IMG/VR virus record: IMGVR_UViG_3300044852_000034
Coordinates: 1 to 46,103 of that record
Reading direction: 5' to 3' (one strand)
DNA: 46,103 bases
Source: a virus
Taxonomy: Duplodnaviria; Caudoviricetes
Of the stretch, positions 26,189 to 34,861 are shown piece by piece. The notes beneath the pieces were generated by a model that was not told the origin of the DNA, ran no database searches, and worked only from the letters and a program-made list of their open reading frames with translations. Made by a program: the position numbers and the translations under genes. Positions within the stretch are counted from its first letter, which is position 1. Each line of letters opens with the position of its first letter.

Positions 26189-27420
26189 ACGGCGTGGACC
26201 CGGAGAAGCTGGTCATCGGCGCCTGTATGCTCGCCGCGGACGCGATCCGGTTCGCTTCCGAGGTCCTGACTCCGGAGGACTTCAGTTCGCGCAACATGGC
26301 GGAAGTGTTCCGGGCCATCGTCCAAACCCACAAGGCCGGCGAGTTTGTGGAGCCGTTCGCGGTGTGGACCCGGGCGTCGAAGGCCGGCGTCAAGGATGTC
26401 CAGGTCACGGAGCTGCATGACTGGATCAGCCTTGTCGGTTCGGCTGAGTCCACGGCGATCTACGCCCGGGAAGTCAAAGAGACGGCCACTCGCCGGCGGA
26501 TGTCGATGGCAGCGGCCAGGTTCACGCAGAACTTGACGACGACGGACATCCCAACAGCGCAGACGATGGCCGAGATGCTGGAAGCTCTCAAGGACATCCG
26601 GGACAACTCCACAGACAAGAGCGTCCGGGCGATGTCTTTGGGGGAGATTCTGGACTTGCCGGACACGGTTGAGGACTGGGTGATCCCGGGGCTGTTGGAG
26701 CGCGGGGACCGGCTGGTGCTGACCGGGTATGAGGGCATGGGCAAGACGACGTGGATCCGGCAAATTCTGATCTGCGCCGCGTCAGGGGTTCACCCGACGA
26801 CGTTGGACCATATCCGTCCGGTGAAGTGCCTTGTCATCGACGTCGAGAACTCGGTGAAGCAGTGGCAGCGGCAGACGTCGAAGATGGCCGCGACGGCTGG
26901 GAAGCACGGGACGACCTCCCCGAGGGACAACCTGCACATCCACTGTCAGGGCAGGATGGACATCCGCAAGGACAAGGACCTGGGACTGATTCACCGACTG
27001 GTGGACGAGCACGAACCGGAAATCCTGGGTATCGGCCCGATCTACAAGCTGACTCCCACGGCGATCAAGAACGACGAGGAAGCCGCGCCTGTTATCGCGG
27101 CGCTCGACTCGCTCAGGGACCGCGGGCTGGTGCTGGTCATCGAGGCGCACGCCCCGAAGATGTCCAACGGGCAACGGGACCTCGCGCCGCGTGGCTCTGC
27201 CGCACTGATGGGCTGGCCGGAGTTCGGGTTCGGGCTCGCGCCGGGCGACGAATCGGGAACCACCGCGGACGTCGTGCGGTGGCGTGGGGATCGTGAGACG
27301 GGCCGCGACTGGCCGAAGGTACTCGAGAAGGGTGGCCCGTTCCCGTGGACTGCGGAGAACATCCACCCGGACGCGCGCCGGAAGTTCTACGACTGGGACA
27401 AGGGGAAGGTGAGTTTCTGA
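26185..27420 (+). CDS. Replicative helicase (DnaB N-domain plus AAA/RecA ATPase)
   Basis: E..VIGA..L...L.PEDF N-terminus; Walker A GYEGMGKT; IDVEN; PRGSAAL. Confidence 0.85.
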   Translation: MNGVDPEKLVIGACMLAADAIRFASEVLTPEDFSSRNMAEVFRAIVQTHKAGEFVEPFAVWTRASKAGVKDVQVTELHDWISLVGSAESTAIYAREVKETATRRRMSMAAARFTQNLTTTDIPTAQTMAEMLEALKDIRDNSTDKSVRAMSLGEILDLPDTVEDWVIPGLLERGDRLVLTGYEGMGKTTWIRQILICAASGVHPTTLDHIRPVKCLVIDVENSVKQWQRQTSKMAATAGKHGTTSPRDNLHIHCQGRMDIRKDKDLGLIHRLVDEHEPEILGIGPIYKLTPTAIKNDEEAAPVIAALDSLRDRGLVLVIEAHAPKMSNGQRDLAPRGSAALMGWPEFGFGLAPGDESGTTADVVRWRGDRETGRDWPKVLEKGGPFPWTAENIHPDARRKFYDWDKGKVSF

Positions 27421-27926
27421 TGGGTTACCAGTACCGGGGACCGCAGCGCGGCGCCGCAGACCCGTGGCAGGCGCCGCCCGAACCGAAACCCACACCGACC
27501 CCGCCGGTCCAGAAGCCAAGGAAACCTTGCGGGACGCCCGCCGCCGCGATGCGCCACTACCGCCGGGGCGAGAAGCTATGCGACCCCTGCAGGGACGCGA
27601 AGAACGCATACTGCAGAGCCCGCGCCCGCAAGTCCCCACGGGCGCGATGGCGTCACGGAACCTACCCCGGCGCCAAGTGGCACTACAGACGCGGAGAGAA
27701 ACCATGCGATCCCTGCCGGGAAGCCGCCAACAAATGGTCACGCGAACACTACGTGCCCAGGGAGAAAACCGTTCGGGCTGCCCCTATGAAGTTGTCCAGC
27801 GATGACATCCGCACCATCAAGGATCGACTCGAGGCTGGCGCGCAGCAGAAAGACCTAGCCGCCGAGTACGGCGTTTCGGGACCACTCATTTCAATGATCA
27901 AAACAGGAAAGCGAAGGACCACCTAG
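27420..27926 (+). CDS. DNA-binding protein with two Cys/His repeats and a C-terminal HTH
   Basis: HYRRGEK.CDPCR repeated twice; QKDLAAEYGVSGPLISMIK. Confidence 0.75.
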   Translation: MGYQYRGPQRGAADPWQAPPEPKPTPTPPVQKPRKPCGTPAAAMRHYRRGEKLCDPCRDAKNAYCRARARKSPRARWRHGTYPGAKWHYRRGEKPCDPCREAANKWSREHYVPREKTVRAAPMKLSSDDIRTIKDRLEAGAQQKDLAAEYGVSGPLISMIKTGKRRTT

Positions 27927-28186
27927 TGGCAAAAATCATCACCATCTACTCGCGGCCGGATTGCCAGCCGTGCAAGCAGATCAAACGCTGGTGGAACAGC
28001 AAAGGCGTCAAATACCAGGAGGTCAACGTGGAGAAATCCCCGGCTGACCTCGAAGCCATCAAGGCCCTCGGATACGAGCGAGTCCCCGTGACCGTCGTCA
28101 GTAACGGCGACCCGGAAACAGACCTGCACTGGGGCGGACTCGTCCTGGCGAACATGATCAAATACACCCTCGAGAAAGCAGCCTGA
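27926..28186 (+). CDS. nrdH: NrdH-like glutaredoxin
   Basis: ITIYSRPDCQPC...GY..VPV...HW.G. Confidence 0.88.
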   Translation: MAKIITIYSRPDCQPCKQIKRWWNSKGVKYQEVNVEKSPADLEAIKALGYERVPVTVVSNGDPETDLHWGGLVLANMIKYTLEKAA

Positions 28187-28188
28187 AC

Positions 28189-28614
28189 ATGACAACGATC
28201 CGGGAACTGCAGAAGCAGTGCGGCGAGGCAGCCGCGGCGAAGGGCTTCCACGAAGACCGACCCCGGCCATTCACCGACGTCGAAGGCAACGTGACGAACC
28301 ACGGGCTCACTGACTGGCAGGGCAACAAGCTGATGCTGATTGTCTCGGAAGTCGCTGAGGCTCAGGACGAACTCCGCAAGGGCAAACCAGCGGACCAGAC
28401 CTACTACCCGACCATCAATGCCATGCCCGGCTCATTCGATCCCGCCTTCGCCATCGGCAAGCACAAACCTGAAGGCGTCCCCTCCGAACTGGCGGACGTA
28501 GTGATCCGGGTCCTCGACTTCTGCTACACCGAGGGCATCGATCTGGAATCCATCATCGAAGAAAAGCTGGCGTACAACGCGACCCGCGAATACAAGCACG
28601 GAAAGAAGTTCTGA
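28189..28614 (+). CDS. MazG-like nucleotide pyrophosphohydrolase
   Basis: [33 protein letters not shown]. Confidence 0.85.
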   Translation: MTTIRELQKQCGEAAAAKGFHEDRPRPFTDVEGNVTNHGLTDWQGNKLMLIVSEVAEAQDELRKGKPADQTYYPTINAMPGSFDPAFAIGKHKPEGVPSELADVVIRVLDFCYTEGIDLESIIEEKLAYNATREYKHGKKF

Positions 28615-28616
28615 AC

Positions 28617-29132
28617 ATGGCAGGCGAAACCAGCATCACCGTTATCGGCAACCTCACCAACGATCCAGAGTTGAGGTTCACCCCGAGCGGATCCGCGGTG
28701 GCGAACTTCACCATCGCAAGCACCCCCCGCACATTCGACCGACAGAAGAACGAATGGGTGGACGGAGAGACATTGTTCCTCCGCTGCAGCGTGTGGCGGG
28801 AGGCTGCGGAGAACGTGGCCGAGTCCCTGACGAAGGGCATGCGCGTCGTCGTGGAAGGCCGGCTCAAGTCACGTTCGTACGAGACGAAGGAGGGCGAGAA
28901 GCGAACCGTGATTGAGCTCGAGGTTGACGAGATTGGCCCGTCCCTCAAGTACGCGAACGCGAAGGTGAACCGCACCCAGCGCAACAGCAACGGCGGCGGC
29001 AACCAGGGCGGCGGGAACTGGGGCGGCTCTTCCCAGCAATCGCAAGGCCAGAACGCCCAAAGCGACCAGTGGGGCAACGGCGGCTCTTCCAACGGCTGGG
29101 GTAACGGCCCCGACTCAGAACCTCCGTTCTAG
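28617..29132 (+). CDS. ssb: Single-stranded DNA-binding protein
   Basis: [23 protein letters not shown]; acidic EPPF tail; actinobacterial type. Confidence 0.96.
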   Translation: MAGETSITVIGNLTNDPELRFTPSGSAVANFTIASTPRTFDRQKNEWVDGETLFLRCSVWREAAENVAESLTKGMRVVVEGRLKSRSYETKEGEKRTVIELEVDEIGPSLKYANAKVNRTQRNSNGGGNQGGGNWGGSSQQSQGQNAQSDQWGNGGSSNGWGNGPDSEPPF

Positions 29133-29135
29133 CCG

Positions 29136-29492
29136 ATGATCCTCGCGGAACTGTCCGTCCCGGCGCCGTGCAAGCTGATGAACAGCAACGACCGGCCACA
29201 CCCCCAGGCGAAGGCGAAGCTCACCCGCGCATGGCGAGCGGCAGCAGCCGCAGCGGCCAGCACTGACCTCCCGGACCTGCCAAAGCCGGTCAGGATCATC
29301 GCCTACGTGTGGAAGCCGATCAACAACCGCTACGACCCAGGCAACCTGTACCCGACAGCGAAAGCGATCGTTGACGGGACAGTGGACGCGAAGTGGTTGC
29401 CCGATGACGACAGGCATCACGTCGAGGGCCCGGACATGCGCCACGGCGGTATCGGCCCGGCCCGTATCGTGCTGCATTTCGTGAACGTCTAG
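29136..29492 (+). CDS. RusA-like Holliday junction resolvase
   Basis: NSNDR.H, RYDPGNLYPTAKAIVDG..D...LPDDD. Confidence 0.78.
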   Translation: MILAELSVPAPCKLMNSNDRPHPQAKAKLTRAWRAAAAAAASTDLPDLPKPVRIIAYVWKPINNRYDPGNLYPTAKAIVDGTVDAKWLPDDDRHHVEGPDMRHGGIGPARIVLHFVNV

Positions 29493-29503
29493 TGCCCGGA
29501 CCC

Positions 29504-29556
29504 GTCCCATATGGCACGCCCGGTGCAGAAACAAGGCACCAGCGCCCGTATGGGAC
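29504..29556. promoter_or_regulatory. Operator-like sites GTCCCATATGGCAC and CGCCCGTATGGGAC
   Basis: 29504-29517 (1 mismatch) and 29543-29556 in the gap after the resolvase gene. Confidence 0.7.
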
Positions 29557-29621
29557 GGGCCCGGCCCCATCACCCCACCCAACACAAACGAGGCCCGCAG
29601 AAGGGCAGGAAAGGCCCCACC

Positions 29622-30044
29622 ATGACAGTCACCCCAAGATCGAAAGTCAAAGGCACCGCCCCGTGCGCCAACTGCGGACACATGACACGAACCTGCCGCC
29701 AGTCCGAACGGGACTACCCCGGCACGCTGCGCCGCATAGCGAACGGGCTCTGCCAGCGCTGCTACCAGCGGAGGCGGGCCAGCGACAAGACCGCGGCCGG
29801 CCCAAGGTTCCCCATCCTTCCCTGCCCCACCCCCGGCTGTGACGCGATGACCCGATCCAGCGTGGACACCATCAGAGTCGCGCCCGGCACACGGAAGCGA
29901 GTCAACGGGATGTGTTTCGAGTGCGACAAGAAGACCGGCCCGGACCCCGAAGTGGTGAAGCGCGCGGCTGATGACCTCGACGCCTACCTGGCCGCACGCC
30001 GGAACCGCCTCGCCCGCACCAACCAACTGACAGGAGCACGATGA
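29622..30044 (+). CDS. Zn-finger hypothetical protein
   Basis: AGGAAAGG RBS; multiple CxxC pairs. Confidence 0.65.
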   Translation: MTVTPRSKVKGTAPCANCGHMTRTCRQSERDYPGTLRRIANGLCQRCYQRRRASDKTAAGPRFPILPCPTPGCDAMTRSSVDTIRVAPGTRKRVNGMCFECDKKTGPDPEVVKRAADDLDAYLAARRNRLARTNQLTGAR

Positions 30045-30340
30045 TGAGCAACGAACGAGACGAACTGGCCGAGATTATCGAGTCGGGATATCCCGCCAGC
30101 GACACGGACTGCCCATACGACCACGCGCCGGAGATTGCCAACGCGATCCTGGCCGCTGGCTACCGGAAGATTTTCGATGGCGATTGCGGCCTGAGTAACG
30201 TCAAGGACCCCGAGGATAGGGAAGCGGCCGAGGCGTGGATGCGGTGGGCGAACCTTGTGAACTGTGGCGACGGAAACAGCGATGCTATCGACGCCATGAG
30301 GCAGATGCTCTCCGAGTTCGGCTACCGGAGGACGGCATGA
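30041..30340 (+). CDS. Hypothetical protein
   Basis: ERDELAEII...ANAILAAGYRK; AGGAG RBS. Confidence 0.7.
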   Translation: MMSNERDELAEIIESGYPASDTDCPYDHAPEIANAILAAGYRKIFDGDCGLSNVKDPEDREAAEAWMRWANLVNCGDGNSDAIDAMRQMLSEFGYRRTA

Positions 30341-30513
30341 GCGAGACGCACTACTGCCCGGTCCAAACCCACCCGGCAACCCGGGACTCGCCCCCGGAGT
30401 GGTGTGAGAACGAGGTCCCGTCCGAGGACGACTTCTGCCCCATCCACGAACCCGACGAGCCCGACTGGGACGCGATCCGCAAAGACGCCAAGATCGACGC
30501 GAGGCACGAATGA
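30337..30513 (+). CDS. Small hypothetical protein
   Basis: GGAGG RBS; ATGA overlap. Confidence 0.6.
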   Translation: MSETHYCPVQTHPATRDSPPEWCENEVPSEDDFCPIHEPDEPDWDAIRKDAKIDARHE

Positions 30514-30650
30514 AGACCGTCCAGACCACCACCCGCCCCATTCACCTACCCGAAGACGAGGACGCGGCCAGCACCCTTGAAGCCGCACTGAATGACCCGG
30601 AAGGCCGGGCACTCGTCCAGGCCATCCACGATAGGAAGGCACAACGATGA
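30510..30650 (+). CDS. Small hypothetical protein (MKTVQTTTRPIHL...)
   Basis: ATGA overlaps at both ends. Confidence 0.55.
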   Translation: MKTVQTTTRPIHLPEDEDAASTLEAALNDPEGRALVQAIHDRKAQR

Positions 30651-30868
30651 GCCGTTCAGTGACGACAGACTACGAGGCCCTACGCGCGCAGCAGGCACGC
30701 CAGCAGGAACCCGCCACACCATCGCCAGTGTGCGAGGCGGAACGCCGCAACAAGCAAGCCCTGTTCATCCTCGAGAACGAATGGGGATGCGGCCGCATCA
30801 ACGTGCGAGAGCTACAGCGGATCCTCCGCGGAGACAACGAACCCGACACCTGCAAGGAGACACCATGA
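30647..30868 (+). CDS. Hypothetical protein
   Basis: GGAAGG RBS; coupled. Confidence 0.6.
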   Translation: MSRSVTTDYEALRAQQARQQEPATPSPVCEAERRNKQALFILENEWGCGRINVRELQRILRGDNEPDTCKETP

Positions 30869-31056
30869 TTGCGAAGACCCCGACGTGCCCGTCATGCTTC
30901 CGCCCCGGCGGCGCCCTCACCGCCAAACCCCACTGCGCATCCGAAAACTGCAGTTGGAACATCTGCGACTGCAAGACCACCTATGACCGCAAGACCCTGG
31001 CAGGGTTCGGGAACAACCCGAAACCCGTCCACTACCCCGCACCGGAGGCGAAATGA
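30865..31056 (+). CDS. Small Cys-rich protein (MIAKTPTCPSC...)
   Basis: AAGGAG RBS; coupled. Confidence 0.6.
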   Translation: MIAKTPTCPSCFRPGGALTAKPHCASENCSWNICDCKTTYDRKTLAGFGNNPKPVHYPAPEAK

Positions 31057-31181
31057 GCAGCGCGCCGACGATCATCCCAAACCCGGAGTGCAGGGATGGA
31101 AAGCACCGAAACTGTGACACTGAGGGATGGGACACTTGGGCTGACGAACCGGCCAACTGCCCGTGCGAGTGCCACAAGTGA
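31053..31181 (+). CDS. Small Cys/His-rich protein (MSSAPTIIPNPECRDGKH...)
   Basis: GGAGG RBS; CPCECH end; coupled. Confidence 0.55.
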   Translation: MSSAPTIIPNPECRDGKHRNCDTEGWDTWADEPANCPCECHK

Positions 31182-31921
31182 GCGCGCAGACCTGCAACTG
31201 CGGGACCACACTTTGCGCGGAGCACACCCGGAGCTTCTTGGACATCCTGGCCGACGTCCCCGCCCAACTGACCGCCATGAACGCTTCAATCACGAAGCAG
31301 TCCGTGGCCGGAGGGCAGGGTGGGAAGGTGCAGAACGATGACGACAGGCCCATGCCGATCAACTTCGGCGCCGCGGAAGCACAGAAGGATTTGATGCTCG
31401 AGCTCGCCAAGGTGACGCGCCGGATCCGCCACTGCCTCCCCGAAGGGACCTGCCCGTCCTACCCGGGCATCCCCAAGTGGATCACCGGGCTCATGCCCCG
31501 CATCGTCAACCACCCCGAAGCGGTGGACTGGTACAACGGGATCCGCACAGCCTACGAGAAGACGGTAAAGGCGATCGACCTGCCACCCGAGCAAGTCCGC
31601 GCCGGCACCTGTGGAGAATGCAACGCACCGCTCTACACCGCGGCCGGGAACGAGAAAGTCCGCTGCCGCCCCTGCGGGATCAGCTACGACGTCGCCAACC
31701 TCCAAGGCGAAATGCTGGAACGAGTCCTCGACTACAACAGCACCGCCCAACAAGTCGTCCGAGTCATGACCGCCGCCGGCATCCCCATGAAACTCACCAG
31801 ACTCACCAAATGGGCAGACCGCCGCCAGGTTGCCTTCACTGACAGCGACATAGGAAGAATCTTCACAGTTCGAGATGTGTTGGAGACACACAAGGCCATG
31901 AGTAAAGGATCCGAAGCGTGA
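31178..31921 (+). CDS. Zn-finger/HTH protein, possible late regulator
   Basis: IDLPP...GTCGEC..PLY...VRCRPCG; C-terminal TRLTKWADR; near end of early arm. Confidence 0.7.
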   Translation: MSAQTCNCGTTLCAEHTRSFLDILADVPAQLTAMNASITKQSVAGGQGGKVQNDDDRPMPINFGAAEAQKDLMLELAKVTRRIRHCLPEGTCPSYPGIPKWITGLMPRIVNHPEAVDWYNGIRTAYEKTVKAIDLPPEQVRAGTCGECNAPLYTAAGNEKVRCRPCGISYDVANLQGEMLERVLDYNSTAQQVVRVMTAAGIPMKLTRLTKWADRRQVAFTDSDIGRIFTVRDVLETHKAMSKGSEA

Positions 31922-32169
31922 ACGCCAGGGTAGAAGCCGCCGCGAAGGCTGCGCACAAGCACGACTTCGGTCACTCGCCATCATGCAGATGGGAGGACTC
32001 ATCTGTGCAGTTACAGGCCGATTATGCGGCCTGCGCAACCGCGGCCCTCACCGCGTCCGACGCCGTGATGTTCAGCCCGGCCAACATCGCTGAGGTTGTC
32101 CGCACCACCGGCCTGTCCATCCAGACCGTCACGGAAGTCATCCGCACACTGGCCGGCAATCGGGCATAA
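31918..32169 (+). CDS. Hypothetical protein
   Basis: RVEAAAKA motif; coupled. Confidence 0.6.
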   Translation: MNARVEAAAKAAHKHDFGHSPSCRWEDSSVQLQADYAACATAALTASDAVMFSPANIAEVVRTTGLSIQTVTEVIRTLAGNRA

Positions 32170-32174
32170 ACCGC

Positions 32175-32207
32175 GTGTCACATGGGACGATAGTTGCCAT
32201 ATGGAAC
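32175..32207. promoter_or_regulatory. Paired operator-like sites GTGTCACATGGGAC and TTGCCATATGGAAC
   Basis: 32175-32188 and 32194-32207, 19 bp apart, intergenic. Confidence 0.7.
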
Positions 32208-32393
32208 TCTGGGGAGTAACCTAGAGGTAACTTGTGAGAAGTGGGCAGGCAGGGGAAGGGCCGGGACTAGCGTTCCGGCCCTTCCCTCGTTAACACTGGG
32301 GGTCAACCCTGGGGCACGCCAAATGGGGGTCCCCAAAACCAGGTTGGGAAACCAGGTTGGAAAAACGCCGTTAGAAACACCGGGGGAGCCGCG

Positions 32394-32753
32394 ATGCCGT
32401 CAAGGATCTGCTCCAAACCCGGATGCCCGGCCATCCACGACGGGACCACCGGCGCCCGCTGCCCCGCATGCGCCAAGACAGCGGACAAAGCCCACTGGGC
32501 CCGCACACGCGCGTACAGCAGCAAAGGCCACCGGGAAGTGTTCCGCGCCGGCGTCCTCGCCCGCGACCATGTATGCGTCCTCTGTAAGGTAGCGATCGCC
32601 ACCGTAGCCGACCACCACCCCAAATCACGGGCCGACCTCGAACAGCTGGGCATGAACCCCAACGACCCGGCCCACGGCCGCGGACTCTGCAAACCCTGCC
32701 ACGACACCGAAACCGCCCGCAACCAACCGGGCGGCTGGAACATGCACAACTGA
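32394..32753 (+). CDS. Packaging-associated HNH endonuclease
   Basis: CSKPGCP, VLARDHVCVLC, ATVADH, RGLCKPCH. Confidence 0.88.
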   Translation: MPSRICSKPGCPAIHDGTTGARCPACAKTADKAHWARTRAYSSKGHREVFRAGVLARDHVCVLCKVAIATVADHHPKSRADLEQLGMNPNDPAHGRGLCKPCHDTETARNQPGGWNMHN

Positions 32754-32818
32754 GAGTGTGCACAATCCTTACAGCCCGGCCTAAGCCGCCGGCTGGGGAT
32801 ACGAAAACGGCGGGCCCG

Positions 32819-32862
32819 CAAAAATACAGGCCCGCCAAAAATACAGCTCTACAAAAATACAG
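32819..32862 (+). repeat. Three direct repeats of CAAAAATACAG
   Basis: At 32819, 32836 and 32852. Confidence 0.85.
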
Positions 32863-33069
32863 CCAGCGGAGGTCCCCCCAAATTCTGGGTGCGCCTCAAC
32901 GCTGGCTGTCCTGGCCTGGCGACGTCGCCGGCCGTCCTAAGCTCACCCGCGCGCGTCATCCCCCATAGGCGCGCGCGGGTGCATCACCCTGGCACCATAC
33001 GGCGCTAGGCGCGCCCAATGGTGGACGCGCCTAATAAGTGATCCCGTGGCCGGCGCTGCATTATGCCGC

Positions 33070-33249
33070 TCACCGTTTCCCGTCCAAGACGTTAGCTATC
33101 CGCTGCATGTCATCGTCTGCCGCATCCGATAGCCGCGCGCACGTCATAGCCGCCTCTATGTCTCCCGCTAGCAAGTGGGAGACTGCCTTACGTGCTAGCC
33201 TGTCCCGCTGATCCCTGGCCGCTTGCCAGTCCTCATGAGTCGCCATCAT
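33070..33249 (-). CDS. Small helical protein, 59 aa (MMATHEDWQAARDQRDRL...), absent from the ORF track
   Basis: ATGA overlap with upstream gene; open to TGA at 33070. Confidence 0.6.
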   Translation of the reverse strand: MMATHEDWQAARDQRDRLARKAVSHLLAGDIEAAMTCARLSDAADDDMQRIANVLDGKR

Positions 33250-33668
33250 GCCACCTGGCAGTTAGTGAGCTCGGGCCCGTTGTATCCGTATTCGCAAAGG
33301 TCCCCTTCGCTGTAAAGGGTCTTCGCCGGTACGCTGGCAACCATCACGGGCCAGTCGTTCGCCGGCTCATCATCCTGGCAAGCGTGGATCCTGGCGTACT
33401 CGAGTGACGTCGTAACCCAATCGCCGGAGTGAATCGCGCTAACACTGGCCGGCGCCGCCCGGTAAATGGTCACCATTGCGTCGGGTTTACCTTCCACTGA
33501 CTGAGCTACCCGCGCTGCAGTCTTCCAGGCCGGCCCGTGAGTGTAGAGCTCGGGGCGGGTGTAGACATCGGGCATAACCGGATCAAGGGCCCATATCGGC
33601 GCCGCGGTCCCGCCTTCGGCGTCTTCCAGGTCCGGGGCGGTGTGCTGCAGTTTGTAGCTATCGTCCAT
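33246..33668 (-). CDS. Hypothetical protein, possible ADP-ribosyltransferase-like fold
   Basis: GGAAGGA RBS; VTIYRA...GDWVTTSLEYA...CEYGY. Confidence 0.7.
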   Translation of the reverse strand: MDDSYKLQHTAPDLEDAEGGTAAPIWALDPVMPDVYTRPELYTHGPAWKTAARVAQSVEGKPDAMVTIYRAAPASVSAIHSGDWVTTSLEYARIHACQDDEPANDWPVMVASVPAKTLYSEGDLCEYGYNGPELTNCQVA

Positions 33669-33749
33669 GATGCTAATCCTTCCGTGAGAGTTGAAACGGG
33701 TAAACCCGCTAGGCGCGATGTCCTAGCGGGAATATCCGGCGCAACTGAC

Positions 33750-34007
33750 TTAGGCCGGCACCGTCACGGCGCCGCATCCGCCGTTGCCGCCATCCCATGA
33801 AAGAATCGTGAGGGCGCCGCATCCGGTGCACTTCCTGAGCGGTGAAAGAAAGTCAGTGGCGGGCAGTGTGTAAGTGGTCCTGTTGCCCTTGCTGAACTGA
33901 ACCGTAACTGCGTCGGCATCCACGTAAGCGACTATCCCGGAGTGATCCAGAACGGTCCCGCCGTCGTAGTACATGCCCGCTACTTTGTCCCCTGCTTTGT
34001 ATCCCAT
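33750..34007 (-). CDS. Hypothetical protein (SH3-like start plus Zn ribbon)
   Basis: AAGGGG RBS; YKAGDKV; CTGCG. Confidence 0.6.
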   Translation of the reverse strand: MGYKAGDKVAGMYYDGGTVLDHSGIVAYVDADAVTVQFSKGNRTTYTLPATDFLSPLRKCTGCGALTILSWDGGNGGCGAVTVPA

Positions 34008-34017
34008 TGCCCGCCCC

Positions 34018-34212
34018 TTACTTTGCGTAGATAACATCGGTGCCGGTCCAAGTGAAGGACCGGCCGGACCCGTTGCCCTGTTGCTGCGCGTCCCAGTGGC
34101 AAGCGATGGGGCCGGAGTAGTTCTCATCCTGGCAAAACGGGAGAGGCTGACCACCGGGCGCGCAGCCGGCGAGTAATAACGCGGCGATGGCGAGTGAGGT
34201 AAGCTTTTTCAT
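34018..34212 (-). CDS. Small lipoprotein
   Basis: MKKLTSLAIAALLLAG-C lipobox; AAGGGGA RBS. Confidence 0.75.
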   Translation of the reverse strand: MKKLTSLAIAALLLAGCAPGGQPLPFCQDENYSGPIACHWDAQQQGNGSGRSFTWTGTDVIYAK

Positions 34213-34303
34213 GATGTCCCCTTAGAGTTGTGGATCCGGTCTAGCTTGTCCGGCTACGTGCCATGCTGACCAATTCGGCCGGCATGGCACGTCGTCAAGC
34301 AAG

Positions 34304-34744
34304 CTAGACAGTGGTGCTGATAAGCCAGTGATCCGGCTTGCGCTTGAACAGGTCCTCCAAGACCGGGGCGAGCTTGCCGGCGACGTCGGCATAACGCTTA
34401 TTCCCGTTGCGGAGCGCTTCCGTGTTGACTTCCACGGCGCCGGAGCGGCGAACGCGGATAATGGCGATTCCGTCACGGGCAATGTAGTATGTGACATCCT
34501 CCGGCCGCTGCGCTGTCACGCGGTCGAACTCGCCCAGGTAGCGCGCTTCCAATTCCCGGGCACTGTCAACGATTTCCTGGTTGAACGTGTCACGGTAGCC
34601 ATGGAGCGCCGTATCAGTGGAGCGGGTAGAGAGAATGTAGATTGATTCACCCTTGAGCCGGAGCGGCCGGCAATCGAACGTGTGACCGGTGCTAACTACT
34701 TCGGTAACGCGGGCCCAGGTGGTCGGCTTGTGGTAGCTTGTCAT
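34304..34744 (-). CDS. Hypothetical protein
   Basis: AAGGA RBS; first gene after the candidate promoter. Confidence 0.7.
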   Translation of the reverse strand: MTSYHKPTTWARVTEVVSTGHTFDCRPLRLKGESIYILSTRSTDTALHGYRDTFNQEIVDSARELEARYLGEFDRVTAQRPEDVTYYIARDGIAIIRVRRSGAVEVNTEALRNGNKRYADVAGKLAPVLEDLFKRKPDHWLISTTV

Positions 34745-34827
34745 AGCAATCATTCCTTAGTTTTGGTTGCCTGGCCCCGGGATATTTGCCGTATCCGCGG
34801 GGCCGTTTTCATTGGTGCTTATGGATC

Positions 34828-34856
34828 AATCTTAGCATAGTTTCTATACCGGGAAA
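34828..34856 (-). promoter_or_regulatory. Leftward promoter (extended -10 TGcTAAGAT) with operator GCATAGTTTCTATAC
   Basis: AT-rich intergenic segment; near-copy of the palindrome at 35339-35353. Confidence 0.6.
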
Positions 34857-34861
34857 GACCT

